Assembly (NCBI GenBank): GCA_038233435.1
Contig: JBBSLZ010000001.1
Coordinates: forward strand, 1 to 50,359
Reading direction: 5' to 3'
DNA from: Chthoniobacterales bacterium
GTDB lineage: Bacteria; Verrucomicrobiota; Verrucomicrobiia; Chthoniobacterales; UBA10450
Length of the DNA: 50,359 nucleotides
Each line of letters starts with the position of its first letter. The stretch's first letter is position 1. Below the pieces are notes generated by a model. It had not been told where the DNA came from, did not search any database, and saw nothing but the letters and a program-made list of their open reading frames with translations. Positions 16,649-25,279 of the stretch are shown here, piece by piece. The position numbers and the translations under genes are program-made.

Positions 16649-17194
16649 ATGAACATTCGCGACACGCTCATCTATCTTATGGCGGCCGCCGTTATGACGC
16701 CTGCATATACGTGCGGACAGGACCGCCGAAGTCAAGATTGTGACCGTCCTAAATACAAGCTAGAGATTGTCGATCAGCCAGAAAAGCTCCGCTTTCGACT
16801 GATTCTCACTTCGACAGATAACCGCGACATCTGCATACATTTCGGCATCTGGCCAGACAGCGAAGGCAGGACTGAAACCGGCCCGGATGTGTATTCGATA
16901 AGAACAGACGAGGGAATTATTTACCCTCATCCTCCGACCGTGGAGATCGACTGCTGGGATGCCGATTGCGTAACACGAGTCGGACCGGGCGAGTCGCTCA
17001 ACGGCTTTATCGCATATTCCGAGTTCGGCGACCCGAGTAAAATTAGATCGCTTCGCAAGCGCGAGCTTCGCGCCCACATCGTGCCTTCGGTGTGCGAGAG
17101 CATCACAGGAGACGGGCGGAAGAACGCCGTTCCAAGTACCGACGACCCGGAGCCGGCGTCATCGCCAAAGTCGGCGATCACGCCTAACGAGTAG
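16649..17194 (+). CDS. Hypothetical exported Cys-rich protein on a low-G+C insertion
   Basis: 181-aa ORF with a hydrophobic N-terminus (LIYLMAAAVMTPAYTCG). About 47-50% G+C in sampled lines. No family recognised. Confidence 0.5.
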   Translation: MNIRDTLIYLMAAAVMTPAYTCGQDRRSQDCDRPKYKLEIVDQPEKLRFRLILTSTDNRDICIHFGIWPDSEGRTETGPDVYSIRTDEGIIYPHPPTVEIDCWDADCVTRVGPGESLNGFIAYSEFGDPSKIRSLRKRELRAHIVPSVCESITGDGRKNAVPSTDDPEPASSPKSAITPNE

Positions 17195-17411
17195 TAGAGT
17201 TAGCGCAGCTTTGCTGCAGTAAATAACGAACGGCCCTCCTGCGCCACCGCCTTCGAACGAGACCCGGCACGCATCGCGCCAGCGCAGCACTCGTCCCCAA
17301 TCCCCTAACGAGTCCTGCACTGTCACGCTGCGTGCTTGCAAGAATCCCCGCTCCGCCCTCTGTTACGCCGGCTGCTTCCACGAGATCATACAACAGCGGT
17401 GTAGGGAATCG

Positions 17412-17440
17412 ATTGGGGGTCAGGCTACAAATCTTGACAG
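17412..17440 (+). repeat. Solo copy of the MITE arm
   Basis: ATTGGGGGTCAGGCTACAAATCTTGACAG, in the same orientation as 16423-16451. The match continues through AA(G/T)CGGCG. Confidence 0.85.
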
Positions 17441-17524
17441 AATCGGCGTCATCGCCCAAAGGCCGCGATCCCGCCTTGGATGCAAAAGAGTCAGCCGGGC
17501 GCTAACGCAATTCCCGTCAGTCGC

Positions 17525-19324
17525 TCAGAGCGGCCAGAAAAGTTCCAGCGTTACGAGCACCACCGCCGCCAGCGTCACCGTCAATCCCAATCCGACTTTT
17601 ACGTAATCGAGGATCCGGTATTTACCCGGCCCATAGACCAGCAAACACGAGGGCTCGAACGGCGCCACGAGCGAGAACGACGCCGTCAGCATGATCCCGA
17701 TCGCAAAGGTGCGCTCGTTCGCGCCGATCTGATGCGCGGTGTTGATCGCCACTGGCAGGACCACCAGCGCCGCGGCCGCATTCGACATCGGCTGCGTGAG
17801 GATGATCGTGAGCACAAAAAATCCCCCCAGCACCGCCAGCACGCCAAACGGTGCGCACCATTTCACGATCACGTCCGCCAGGAAAGCCGCTCCGCCGCTC
17901 TTCTCCATCGCGGTTCCGAAGGCCGTCATCCCGCCGATCAAAACCAGCAGCCGCCAATCTACAAACTCATACGCCCGCTGCACACTGATGCACCGGCTCA
18001 AAACCGTGATCACCGCCGCCGTCAAAAACGCCACCGAAAGCGGAATCCACCCCAGCGCGCCGATGATCACCGCCGCCCCGAAGACCGCCACCGTCAGCAT
18101 TCCCTTCCGCGGATGATATAGCGGCTCGCTCACCTCGCCCATGAGCGCCATCCCCGGGTGACTGCGCAGCCCCTCGATCCGCGGCGCCTCGCCCTGCACG
18201 AGGAGCAGATCGCCCACCCGCAGCACGATGTTTCCCACCTGCTCGCGGAGCGATTGGCCATGCCGATAAATCGCCAGCGCGGTCAGGCCGTAGTGCTGGC
18301 GAAAATTTGCCGCCCGCAGCGTGCGACCCGGCAGCTCGCTTTGCGGCGTCAGGAGCACCTCCGCGATCTTTAAGTCCGAACCCTCCAGATCCAGATCGCC
18401 CAGGCTGAACTCCGGCTTAATCTCGATCCCCTCGATCTTTTTCACCTTCATCAAGGTGTCCGCCTTGCCCTCCACCAGGAGCGTATCGCCCTCTTCGATC
18501 AGAATATTACGGCCCGGGATGATCTCGCGTTCCGCCCGCAGGATTTTCAAAATCCGGAACTCCAGCACGTTTAAATCCGAGTCGTAACTCTTCTGCCCGA
18601 TCAACGGCGATTCCGGCAGGACAATGATCTCGCTCACATACTCGCGCATCGCGTAGTGCGCGGTCAGGCTCGTCTCCGGATGATCCGGCAGCAGCCGTTG
18701 CCCGATGAACATGATGTAAACCAGCCCCACGGCCACGATTATCAAACCGATCGGCGTCAGCTCAAACATCCCCAGCTCCTGCATCCCCACCTTCTTCATG
18801 TAACCGCTCACCGCCACGTTCGTCGACGTCCCAATCAACGTGCACGTCCCGCCCAAAATCGAGGCGAACGCCAGCGGCATCAGCAACTTCGAAGCCGACA
18901 CCTTCGCCCGCCGAGCCAGCGTCATCACCGGCGGCACGAACATCGCCGTCACCGTCGTGTTATTCATAAACCCGGAAACCGCCGACGTGGTCCCCATCAA
19001 GAGCAAGAGGAGACGGTTCTGATTCGACCCCGCTAGCTTTAGTAACCGCGTCCCGAGCAGATCCAGCACCCCCGTTTCCTGCAGCGCGCCGCTGATCACA
19101 AAGATCGAGCCCAGAATGATGATGATATCATTGCTGAACCCTTCAAAAGCCTCATGCGGCGTCAGGATTCCGCCCACCACCAGCGCGATCAAAAGCATGA
19201 ACGCCACCAGATCCACCGACACCTTCTCGGTCGCGAAAAGGACGATCGCGATTACCAGCAAACCCAGGACGAAAGCGATGGAAAGCGTCATGGAAAAAAG
19301 ATCGAGCCTAAAAACGCGGGGCAA
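17525..19324 (-). CDS. SLC13/DASS-family anion permease with two central TrkA-C (RCK-C) domains
   Basis: 599 aa. Multi-TM N- and C-terminal halves flank two TrkA-C-like segments (VLPESPLIGQKSYDSDLN...EEGDTLLVEG and LTPQSELPGRTLRAANFRQ...VGDLLLVQG). Confidence 0.85.
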   Translation of the reverse strand: MPRVFRLDLFSMTLSIAFVLGLLVIAIVLFATEKVSVDLVAFMLLIALVVGGILTPHEAFEGFSNDIIIILGSIFVISGALQETGVLDLLGTRLLKLAGSNQNRLLLLLMGTTSAVSGFMNNTTVTAMFVPPVMTLARRAKVSASKLLMPLAFASILGGTCTLIGTSTNVAVSGYMKKVGMQELGMFELTPIGLIIVAVGLVYIMFIGQRLLPDHPETSLTAHYAMREYVSEIIVLPESPLIGQKSYDSDLNVLEFRILKILRAEREIIPGRNILIEEGDTLLVEGKADTLMKVKKIEGIEIKPEFSLGDLDLEGSDLKIAEVLLTPQSELPGRTLRAANFRQHYGLTALAIYRHGQSLREQVGNIVLRVGDLLLVQGEAPRIEGLRSHPGMALMGEVSEPLYHPRKGMLTVAVFGAAVIIGALGWIPLSVAFLTAAVITVLSRCISVQRAYEFVDWRLLVLIGGMTAFGTAMEKSGGAAFLADVIVKWCAPFGVLAVLGGFFVLTIILTQPMSNAAAALVVLPVAINTAHQIGANERTFAIGIMLTASFSLVAPFEPSCLLVYGPGKYRILDYVKVGLGLTVTLAAVVLVTLELFWPL

Positions 19325-19537
19325 TTTCGTCGGCCCAAACCTTCGCCGAAACCCGTCAATTCACGAGCAAAATCGCAGCCGGTCTCCGTCGTGGCCGCCC
19401 CTTGGAGCCGGCCCGCCCTCGGGCCGAAGTCTCCGCCCCGCCGCCCCGCGATTGCGAGCCTCCTCTCTCTGAGGTAAAGTAAGCGCGCTCCGCAGCCCTC
19501 CCCTCATGTCCTCCCGCCCGCCTGTCCACTCCCCCGC

Positions 19538-19846
19538 ATGATCGGCTGGCGCACCAAACGCGAACCCGTCCGGATCACGCGCGACATCGTCATCTCGAAC
19601 AAACACGGCTTCCACGCCCGACCCGCCGCCGCCTTCGTCCGCCGCGCCAATAGCTTCCGCTCCCAAATTTCCATCCTCCGGAACGGCGAACGCTACGATG
19701 CCATGAGCCTGATGGACATTCTCCGTGGCCAATTCGAATGCGGCGCCACCGCCCAGATCGAAGCCTACGGAGTCGACGCCGAAGCCGCCGTCACCGCCCT
19801 CTGCGCCGTCCTCCTCGAGCTGCGCGATCAGGAAGCCGGCGAATAA
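19538..19846 (+). CDS. ptsH: HPr-family phosphocarrier protein
   Basis: 102 aa. Active-site NKHGFHARPAA (His) and regulatory Ser context DAMSLMDIL. The N-terminus is about 10 aa longer than in typical HPr, so the start is uncertain. Confidence 0.85.
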   Translation: MIGWRTKREPVRITRDIVISNKHGFHARPAAAFVRRANSFRSQISILRNGERYDAMSLMDILRGQFECGATAQIEAYGVDAEAAVTALCAVLLELRDQEAGE

Positions 19847-20003
19847 CGCAAGCCTCCCTTCCCTCCTCCTCCGGGGAGCGCGGGCGCCCTCGCCCGCTGT
19901 TTTGGGCGCCCCGCCAAAAACTCTTGCCCCCGGCAGGCGAGATCAATCAGCCCCGCGCTTAGAGCGGGTCATGCACTTTGTTTACTGCCTGCTGATAAAT
20001 CGC

Positions 20004-20112
20004 GAAGTAGCACAGGCGTCCCGCCGGTGGGGACACCGGGCATCTTGCCCGGTGAGACAGAGTTGGAGGAAGGCAACGAAAGGGAAATCACCGGGCGGGA
20101 CGCCGGTGCTAC
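20004..20112. repeat. Two-hairpin REP doublet (GTAGCA family)
   Basis: GAAGTAGCACAGGCGTCCCGCCGGTGGGGACACCGGGCATCTTGCCCGGTGAGAC at 20004-20058. The inverted partial unit TCACCGGGCGGGACGCCGGTGCTAC is at 20088-20112. Confidence 0.8.
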
Positions 20113-20149
20113 CATTCGCAAACGCACCGCAAGAAGTGCATGACACGCT

Positions 20150-21208
20150 CTAGGGAGTAAAATCCTGGCCCGGGCTCAGTCTGGTGCAAAATGCGGCTAG
20201 CAAACGCGCCGTATTCTCCAGATCCACCAGCGAAAGCAACTCGTTAGGCGTATGCATGTAACGGAGCGGCACCGAGAGCAGCCCCGTCGCCATCCCACCG
20301 CGCGCCAGTTGCATCGCGTTCGCATCCGTCCCCGTCCCGCGCGCTGCCGGCCCCACTTGATAGGCGATGCCCTCCGCCTCCGCCGCCGCCACCAAAAGCT
20401 CGAAAACGCGCGGATTAATATTCGCTCCCCGCGCGATGATCGGCCCGCCCCCGATCCGGAAGTCGCCCGCGCGCTTCTTCTCGATCCCGGGCGTATCCGT
20501 CCCGTGCGCCACATCGAGCGCGATCCCCACCTCCGCCTCGCTCGCAAAAGCGCTCGTCTGCGCGCCGCGCAACCCGATTTCCTCCTGCACCGTCGCCACC
20601 CCGATCACGCACGCCTCGAAGACCTGCTGCTGGAGCAACCGCAACACCTCCGTCACGATCCACGTCCCCATCTTGTTATCGAACGCCATCGAGACTGCGT
20701 GCTCATTGGCCAACTCCAGATACGGCTGCAGAAAAACGCCCGCGTCCCCCAGGCTGACCAACTCCAGCGCCGCCGCCTTGCTCGAGACGCCGAGGTCGAT
20801 GTAAAGGTCGTGCATCTTCGGCACCTTCTTCTTGTCCTCCTCGTCCATCAGATGGATCGCCTTCCGCCCGATCACGCCCGGGAGCAGGCCCGCGCGGGTC
20901 ATGATCGAGACGCGTTGCGAAGTGGCCACCACCGGGTCCACCCCGCCGATCGGTTCCAAATGCACGAACCCATCCTCCGTAATGTAATTAACGATGAACC
21001 CGATCTGATCGCAGTGCCCGGCGAGCATGATCCGCGGCCGCCCGTTTGGTTGCCGCGTCCCGAAGACATTCCCCATCACATCCGTGCGCACCTCATCGCA
21101 CCATGGCGCGATCCGGGCCCGGACCAGCCTCTGCACTTCGTGCTCGTAACCCGACGGGCTCGCCGTCTCGACCAGTCGTTTCAAAAAATCTTTACTCTCG
21201 GAATTCAT
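20150..21208 (-). CDS. M42-family metallopeptidase (glutamyl aminopeptidase / FrvX type)
   Basis: 352 aa. MGNVFG...PRIMLAGHCDQIGFIVNYITEDGFVHLEPIGGVD and VQEEIGLRGA are typical of M42. Confidence 0.85.
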   Translation of the reverse strand: MNSESKDFLKRLVETASPSGYEHEVQRLVRARIAPWCDEVRTDVMGNVFGTRQPNGRPRIMLAGHCDQIGFIVNYITEDGFVHLEPIGGVDPVVATSQRVSIMTRAGLLPGVIGRKAIHLMDEEDKKKVPKMHDLYIDLGVSSKAAALELVSLGDAGVFLQPYLELANEHAVSMAFDNKMGTWIVTEVLRLLQQQVFEACVIGVATVQEEIGLRGAQTSAFASEAEVGIALDVAHGTDTPGIEKKRAGDFRIGGGPIIARGANINPRVFELLVAAAEAEGIAYQVGPAARGTGTDANAMQLARGGMATGLLSVPLRYMHTPNELLSLVDLENTARLLAAFCTRLSPGQDFTP

Positions 21209-21290
21209 AGGCAGATCTGTCGGCTACCATCGCGCAGCAACCGGCGCAACTGGCTACCTACCCGCGCGAGTCCGCGCCCGCCCCCTCCCT

Positions 21291-21344
21291 CGTAGCACAG
21301 GCATCCTGCCTGTGCGGACACCGGGCGTCTCGCCCGGTGAAGCG
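21291..21344 (+). repeat. Two-hairpin REP unit (GTAGCA family)
   Basis: CGTAGCA-CAGGCA-tcc-TGCCTGTG-CGGA-CACCGGGC-gtctc-GCCCGGTG-AAGCG. Confidence 0.85.
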
Positions 21345-21438
21345 CGGCCTAAAACTTCGAATTTCCCGCTCCGCTCCCCGCCAGCGCCGGCCCCGCTGGG
21401 TTGCCTTTCCCTCTCAACGCCGCTAAAGGTTTGCCGCA

Positions 21439-21957
21439 ATGAGACATCTGGCATTCGCCGGGATGATCTTCTGCGCGGTCTCCGCGTTCGCAGGTCCCTC
21501 CCCTTTCCCCATCACCGGTCCCGTCATCCCGGGCACCCTCGCGCTCCTGCGTGGCAGCGTGGCCCACGCGCCCGCGCAAGCCCCCGACGAGGTCAAACGC
21601 GCCATCTGGGCGGCCAACCAATTGCGCGATAAACCCTATCGCTTCGGAGGCGGGCACCGCTCCTTTAACGATTCCGGCTACGACTGTTCCGGCACCATCT
21701 CGTATGTGCTCGGCGGAGCGGGCCTGTTAAAATCGCCCACCAATTCCTCCGGCTTCAAACGCTACGGCCAACGCGGTCGCGGGAAATGGATCACCATCTT
21801 CTCGCGCAACGGGCACACCTTTGCCCTCATCGCCGGCCTGCGGCTCGACACCACGCCCTTCAACACGATGAAGCGGGATCGCTTCTGGGCGCCGCGCTGG
21901 CAGGCCACCCCGCGCGAGCCGCGCGGCTTCGAAGCCCGCCACCCCGCGGGCTTCTAG
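21439..21957 (+). CDS. Secreted NlpC/P60-like (C40) protein
   Basis: 172 aa with a signal-like N-terminus. KPYRFGGGHRSFNDSGYDCSGTISYVL matches the NlpC/P60 Cys-motif context. The family call is from memory. Confidence 0.55.
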   Translation: MRHLAFAGMIFCAVSAFAGPSPFPITGPVIPGTLALLRGSVAHAPAQAPDEVKRAIWAANQLRDKPYRFGGGHRSFNDSGYDCSGTISYVLGGAGLLKSPTNSSGFKRYGQRGRGKWITIFSRNGHTFALIAGLRLDTTPFNTMKRDRFWAPRWQATPREPRGFEARHPAGF

Positions 21958-21976
21958 CGGGCGGTTTCTGTAGTCG

Positions 21977-23902
21977 TTAGGTTGGCTGCCACTTCGACTG
22001 GCTGGAAAAGAGAAGCCGCAGCGTGCGCGGCACGCGAAAGAACCCGGCGATCACCCCTTTCCAGCCAATCGTGGCCCCCACGCTGCGGCGGAATTTTTCG
22101 TGATCTGGCAGGGCGTGGAAACCGTTTTCTTTTTTCGCCGCGTCCAGATTGAGAATGCTTTGGATGAGCCCGAGGTGGGAGAAGGCCTGGGGGAAATTGC
22201 CTAGGAAATTGCCCGTGGCGGGGTCGATTTCTTCCGAGAGCAAACCGAGCGGGCTGACCCGCGTGATCATTTCCTCGACCAACTCTTCGGCGCGTTTCAG
22301 GTCGCCTTCGCGGATGAGATGATCGATCCGCCAAAAGTTGCAGAGGACGAAGGCGCCCTCTTTTTCATCGTTCCAGTTCCGGCGCAGGAGCGGATCCTGC
22401 CCGAGTTCTTCCTCGATCGCCGTCCGCGTAGTTACGGCCAGATCGCGCTCCAGGAATCCACTCGTGAAGGCGAGCAGGAGGGAAGCATCCGCGTCGGCTC
22501 GATCGAAGCGGGCGGAGAGGAACGGGCGACCGTCCTTTTCCTTCACCCCGCGCCGCAGGATCTCCGCCCGGATTTCGGCGCAGGTTCGCTCCAGGCTGCC
22601 GTCCGGGTCCCCGGAGAGATCGCGCGTCCGTTGCAAGGCCAGCCAGCACATGATTTTTCCGAAGGTATAGGGATGCTCCGTCCGCTCTTCCCAGATGCCG
22701 TTATCGTCCCGCGGCCAAAGCTTTTTTGCCTCCGCGGCGAGCTGCGCGATCATGGCGCGCTTATCGCGGTCAATCTTGCCGCCGGTATGGTGAAAGTAAA
22801 AAAGCGACTGGAGCAGGTGCCCGTAGTTATCGAGTTGGAATTGCTCCTCCGCCGCGTTGCCCATGCGCACGGGCTGGGATCCGGCGTAACCGGCCAGGTG
22901 GTCCAATTCGGCTTCGGGCGGAATCGGTGCATCGCAAACCGGAAACATCACCTGGACGGTGGGCGCGGCGCCGTCCTGGCCGCTTTTCTCCCGCCAGTTT
23001 TTGACCGCGAAATCGATGAACGCCGTCGCCTCGCCGGAGTAGCCGAGACCGAAAAGCGTCTGGATAAAGAGCGCCGTATCCCGCACCCAGGTGAAGCGAT
23101 AATCCCAATTCGCCTGCCCGCCGATGCCTTCGGGCAGCGAGGTGGTGGGCGCCGCCACGAAACCGCCCGTGGCCGCGTAGGTGAGCAACTTCAGCGTCAC
23201 CGCGCTGCGCCGCACCAGATCGGCGTGAGCGCCTCGGTAGTAGTTAAATAAATTCCACTCGCGCCAAAAAGCCGCCGTCACCTCGAGCCAACGCTGCGTC
23301 TCCGCCCAATCCGGCGCGCGCCGCTCCTCGGCGTAATCGAGCACCAGGAAAAGCGGACACTCCCGCGTCACCTGGAAACGCCCGCTGAGATCACGCCCGT
23401 CAGATTGCAAAGACGCGTTGGTAAACACCGCAGCCTGCTCGCAGGTATAGCCGTGCTCTCCCAGCGCCCGCCAATCCGGCTGGGCCCGCGCATAATCCGG
23501 ACGCGCCTCGATCTTCCACTCCATCTCGACCGCGCCGCCTCCCTCCCACTCCACCAGTCTAACGAGTTTTCGGGTGGGATGGAGCGAGGTGAAATCGTAG
23601 AAGCGCGCCTCCGCCCGGCGCGCGATGACAAAAAAATCGGTCGCCTTGACGGAGCCCTGCGCGGTGCGGAAGCGAGTCTCCAAGATCGCGCTCGCGTCGC
23701 GATATTGCTGCTCCACCTGGAAATCCTGCTCCGTGGGAGCAAGCTTGAAGTGGCCACCTTTCTTCTCATCCAGGAGGGCGCCAAAAAAAGAGCCGGCATC
23801 GAAAGCCGGCAGGCAAAGCCAATCGATTCCGCCGCGCGGATTGATCAACGCCGCGGTCTCGCAGTTGCCGATCAAGGCGTAATCTTTGATCGGCGTCGTC
23901 AT
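21977..23902 (-). CDS. Glycoside hydrolase family 15 (glucoamylase/trehalase-like)
   Basis: 641 aa. N-terminus IKDYALIGNCETAALINPRGGIDWLCLPAFDAGSFFGALL, plus WVRDTA and the GH15 catalytic-domain layout. Confidence 0.85.
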   Translation of the reverse strand: MTTPIKDYALIGNCETAALINPRGGIDWLCLPAFDAGSFFGALLDEKKGGHFKLAPTEQDFQVEQQYRDASAILETRFRTAQGSVKATDFFVIARRAEARFYDFTSLHPTRKLVRLVEWEGGGAVEMEWKIEARPDYARAQPDWRALGEHGYTCEQAAVFTNASLQSDGRDLSGRFQVTRECPLFLVLDYAEERRAPDWAETQRWLEVTAAFWREWNLFNYYRGAHADLVRRSAVTLKLLTYAATGGFVAAPTTSLPEGIGGQANWDYRFTWVRDTALFIQTLFGLGYSGEATAFIDFAVKNWREKSGQDGAAPTVQVMFPVCDAPIPPEAELDHLAGYAGSQPVRMGNAAEEQFQLDNYGHLLQSLFYFHHTGGKIDRDKRAMIAQLAAEAKKLWPRDDNGIWEERTEHPYTFGKIMCWLALQRTRDLSGDPDGSLERTCAEIRAEILRRGVKEKDGRPFLSARFDRADADASLLLAFTSGFLERDLAVTTRTAIEEELGQDPLLRRNWNDEKEGAFVLCNFWRIDHLIREGDLKRAEELVEEMITRVSPLGLLSEEIDPATGNFLGNFPQAFSHLGLIQSILNLDAAKKENGFHALPDHEKFRRSVGATIGWKGVIAGFFRVPRTLRLLFSSQSKWQPT

Positions 23903-23992
23903 CGCAGTCGGAGGCGGGAGCGGGGCGAATATTTCATCAGCGCGGGAAGGCGAAGCTGCGCGGGAAAGGATTTTCGCTCATAGTGGAAGTCA

Positions 23993-24511
23993 ATGAAAAC
24001 CGCGCTCCTTCTCGCTTTTACATGGCTCGCCCTCCCGGCCTTCGCCGAACCGGCCGCCACTTTCCAAGTGGAACGTTTTACCTTTGCCGTGCCCGAAGGT
24101 TGGCGACAAGTGCCGCCGCCTTCCCCGATGCGGAAAGCGCAGCTCGAAGTCGGTCAAGGAGCGAGCAAGGCGGAGGTCACGTTTTTTCATTTCGGCGGCG
24201 GCAGCGGCACCCCGGCCGATAATGTGGCGCGCTGGTATTCGCAGTTCCCGGACAGCGCCGCGACGCAGCAGAGCGAGACCGTGGAAGTGAACGGGGTCAA
24301 GATCACCTTCGTCGCCGCGGCGGGGACTTTTAACAGCGGCATGCCCGGCGGCCCGACCACGCCGATGGCCGATTACGCCTTGCGCGGTGCCATCCTGGAG
24401 AACGGCGAGGCCGGCGATGTTTACATCAAAATGAGCGGCCCAAAAGCGACCGTGGAAGGCGCGAAGGAAGCCTTCCGAAAAATGGTGCGCGCCGCCGCTG
24501 CGCCGGAGTAG
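23993..24511 (+). CDS. Hypothetical secreted protein
   Basis: 172 aa with a clear signal peptide (MKTALLLAFTWLALPAFAEP). No motif recognised. Confidence 0.6.
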   Translation: MKTALLLAFTWLALPAFAEPAATFQVERFTFAVPEGWRQVPPPSPMRKAQLEVGQGASKAEVTFFHFGGGSGTPADNVARWYSQFPDSAATQQSETVEVNGVKITFVAAAGTFNSGMPGGPTTPMADYALRGAILENGEAGDVYIKMSGPKATVEGAKEAFRKMVRAAAAPE

Positions 24512-24521
24512 GCGCGTTCCT

Positions 24522-24632
24522 GGGTAGGGTCGCTGCGCTGCGGCGACCAAGACGCGTGGGCAGCTCGAAAAACGCTCAAGCGACGGTACGTTGCCACCCC
24601 GCCTGGACGGCGCAGCGCGCCGTCCCTACCCC
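24522..24632. repeat. REP doublet between convergent genes
   Basis: GGGTAGGGTCGCTGCGCTGCGGCGACCAAGACGCGTGGG at 24522-24560. The inverted unit GCCTGGACGGCGCAGCGCGCCGTCCCTACCCC is at 24601-24632 and overlaps the last codons of the LysE gene. Confidence 0.85.
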
Positions 24633-25279
24633 AATCGCAGCACCAGCATGACGGCGAAGTAGAGCATGAGCAGCGCCGTCAGAGCCTGGGTGGCGATCTG
24701 CCAGCTCGGCCGCGCGAAGATGCGGGCGCCGAGTTTGATCGCGGTCGCGAAAACGAATCCCCAGGTGATCGCACCGAACAAGACCGCGCCCGCCAAAAGC
24801 AACGCGTTCCAGAGAGAACCACCGAGCCGCCCGCTTTGGCTGCCGATGACCGCGAGCCAGAAACCGATGTTCCACGGGCTGGTCAGCGCGAGGGTAAACC
24901 CTAGCAGGTAACCGGGCAGCGCACGTTTCCTCTGCGGCACTTCGGCGGTCTGCGCCGGGCTGTGCCGATCCCGCCAGGCGCGCCAGGCGCCGCGCAGAAA
25001 AACGCTGGCCAGGAAAAGGAGCAAACCCAGGCTGATCAATCCCAGGACGACCCGCACCCGCGGCGTGTTGATGAGGGCGCCCGCGCCTAACGAGACGCCG
25101 AGCGCCCAGAGCCCATCGCCGGTGCAGGCGCCGAGGCCGACGCGCCACGCGGGCCAGAAGCCGCCCCCGGCGGCCGGCGGGAGCAGACCGCGCCGCATCA
25201 TCTCGGCATTGATCGGGCCGGGCGGCCAGGCGACCGACCAGCCGAGCAGGAAACCCTGGAAGAGCAGGGCAGAGTTCAT
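24626..25279 (-). CDS. LysE/RhtB-family translocator
   Basis: 217 aa and about 6 TM helices. N-terminus FLLGWSVAWPPGPINAEMMRRGL is typical of the LysE family. Its ATG overlaps the stop of the upstream lpxL-like gene (ATGA). Confidence 0.8.
   Translation of the reverse strand: MNSALLFQGFLLGWSVAWPPGPINAEMMRRGLLPPAAGGGFWPAWRVGLGACTGDGLWALGVSLGAGALINTPRVRVVLGLISLGLLLFLASVFLRGAWRAWRDRHSPAQTAEVPQRKRALPGYLLGFTLALTSPWNIGFWLAVIGSQSGRLGGSLWNALLLAGAVLFGAITWGFVFATAIKLGARIFARPSWQIATQALTALLMLYFAVMLVLRLG

Noticed and set aside
19325-19537. Regulatory RNA or riboswitch in the divergent SLC13/HPr spacer, in the leader of the TonB receptor, or upstream of lysA
   Set aside because: I could not recognise any conserved riboswitch core (lysine, cobalamin, TPP and others) or a Zur-box-like AT-rich palindrome by eye. 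The structured parts of these spacers are explained by REP units. A covariance-model scan would be needed.
20252-21295. Long antisense or shadow ORFs opposite real genes (also 22319-23251, 38858-40180, 47492-48955, 29288-30031, 12199-13014, 45108-45932, 26845-27561, 880-1491 and others)
   Set aside because: They have Arg/Pro/Gly/Ala-dominated composition, no recognisable motifs and complete overlap with well-supported genes on the other strand. This is the typical stop-codon-poor shadow of high-G+C coding DNA.
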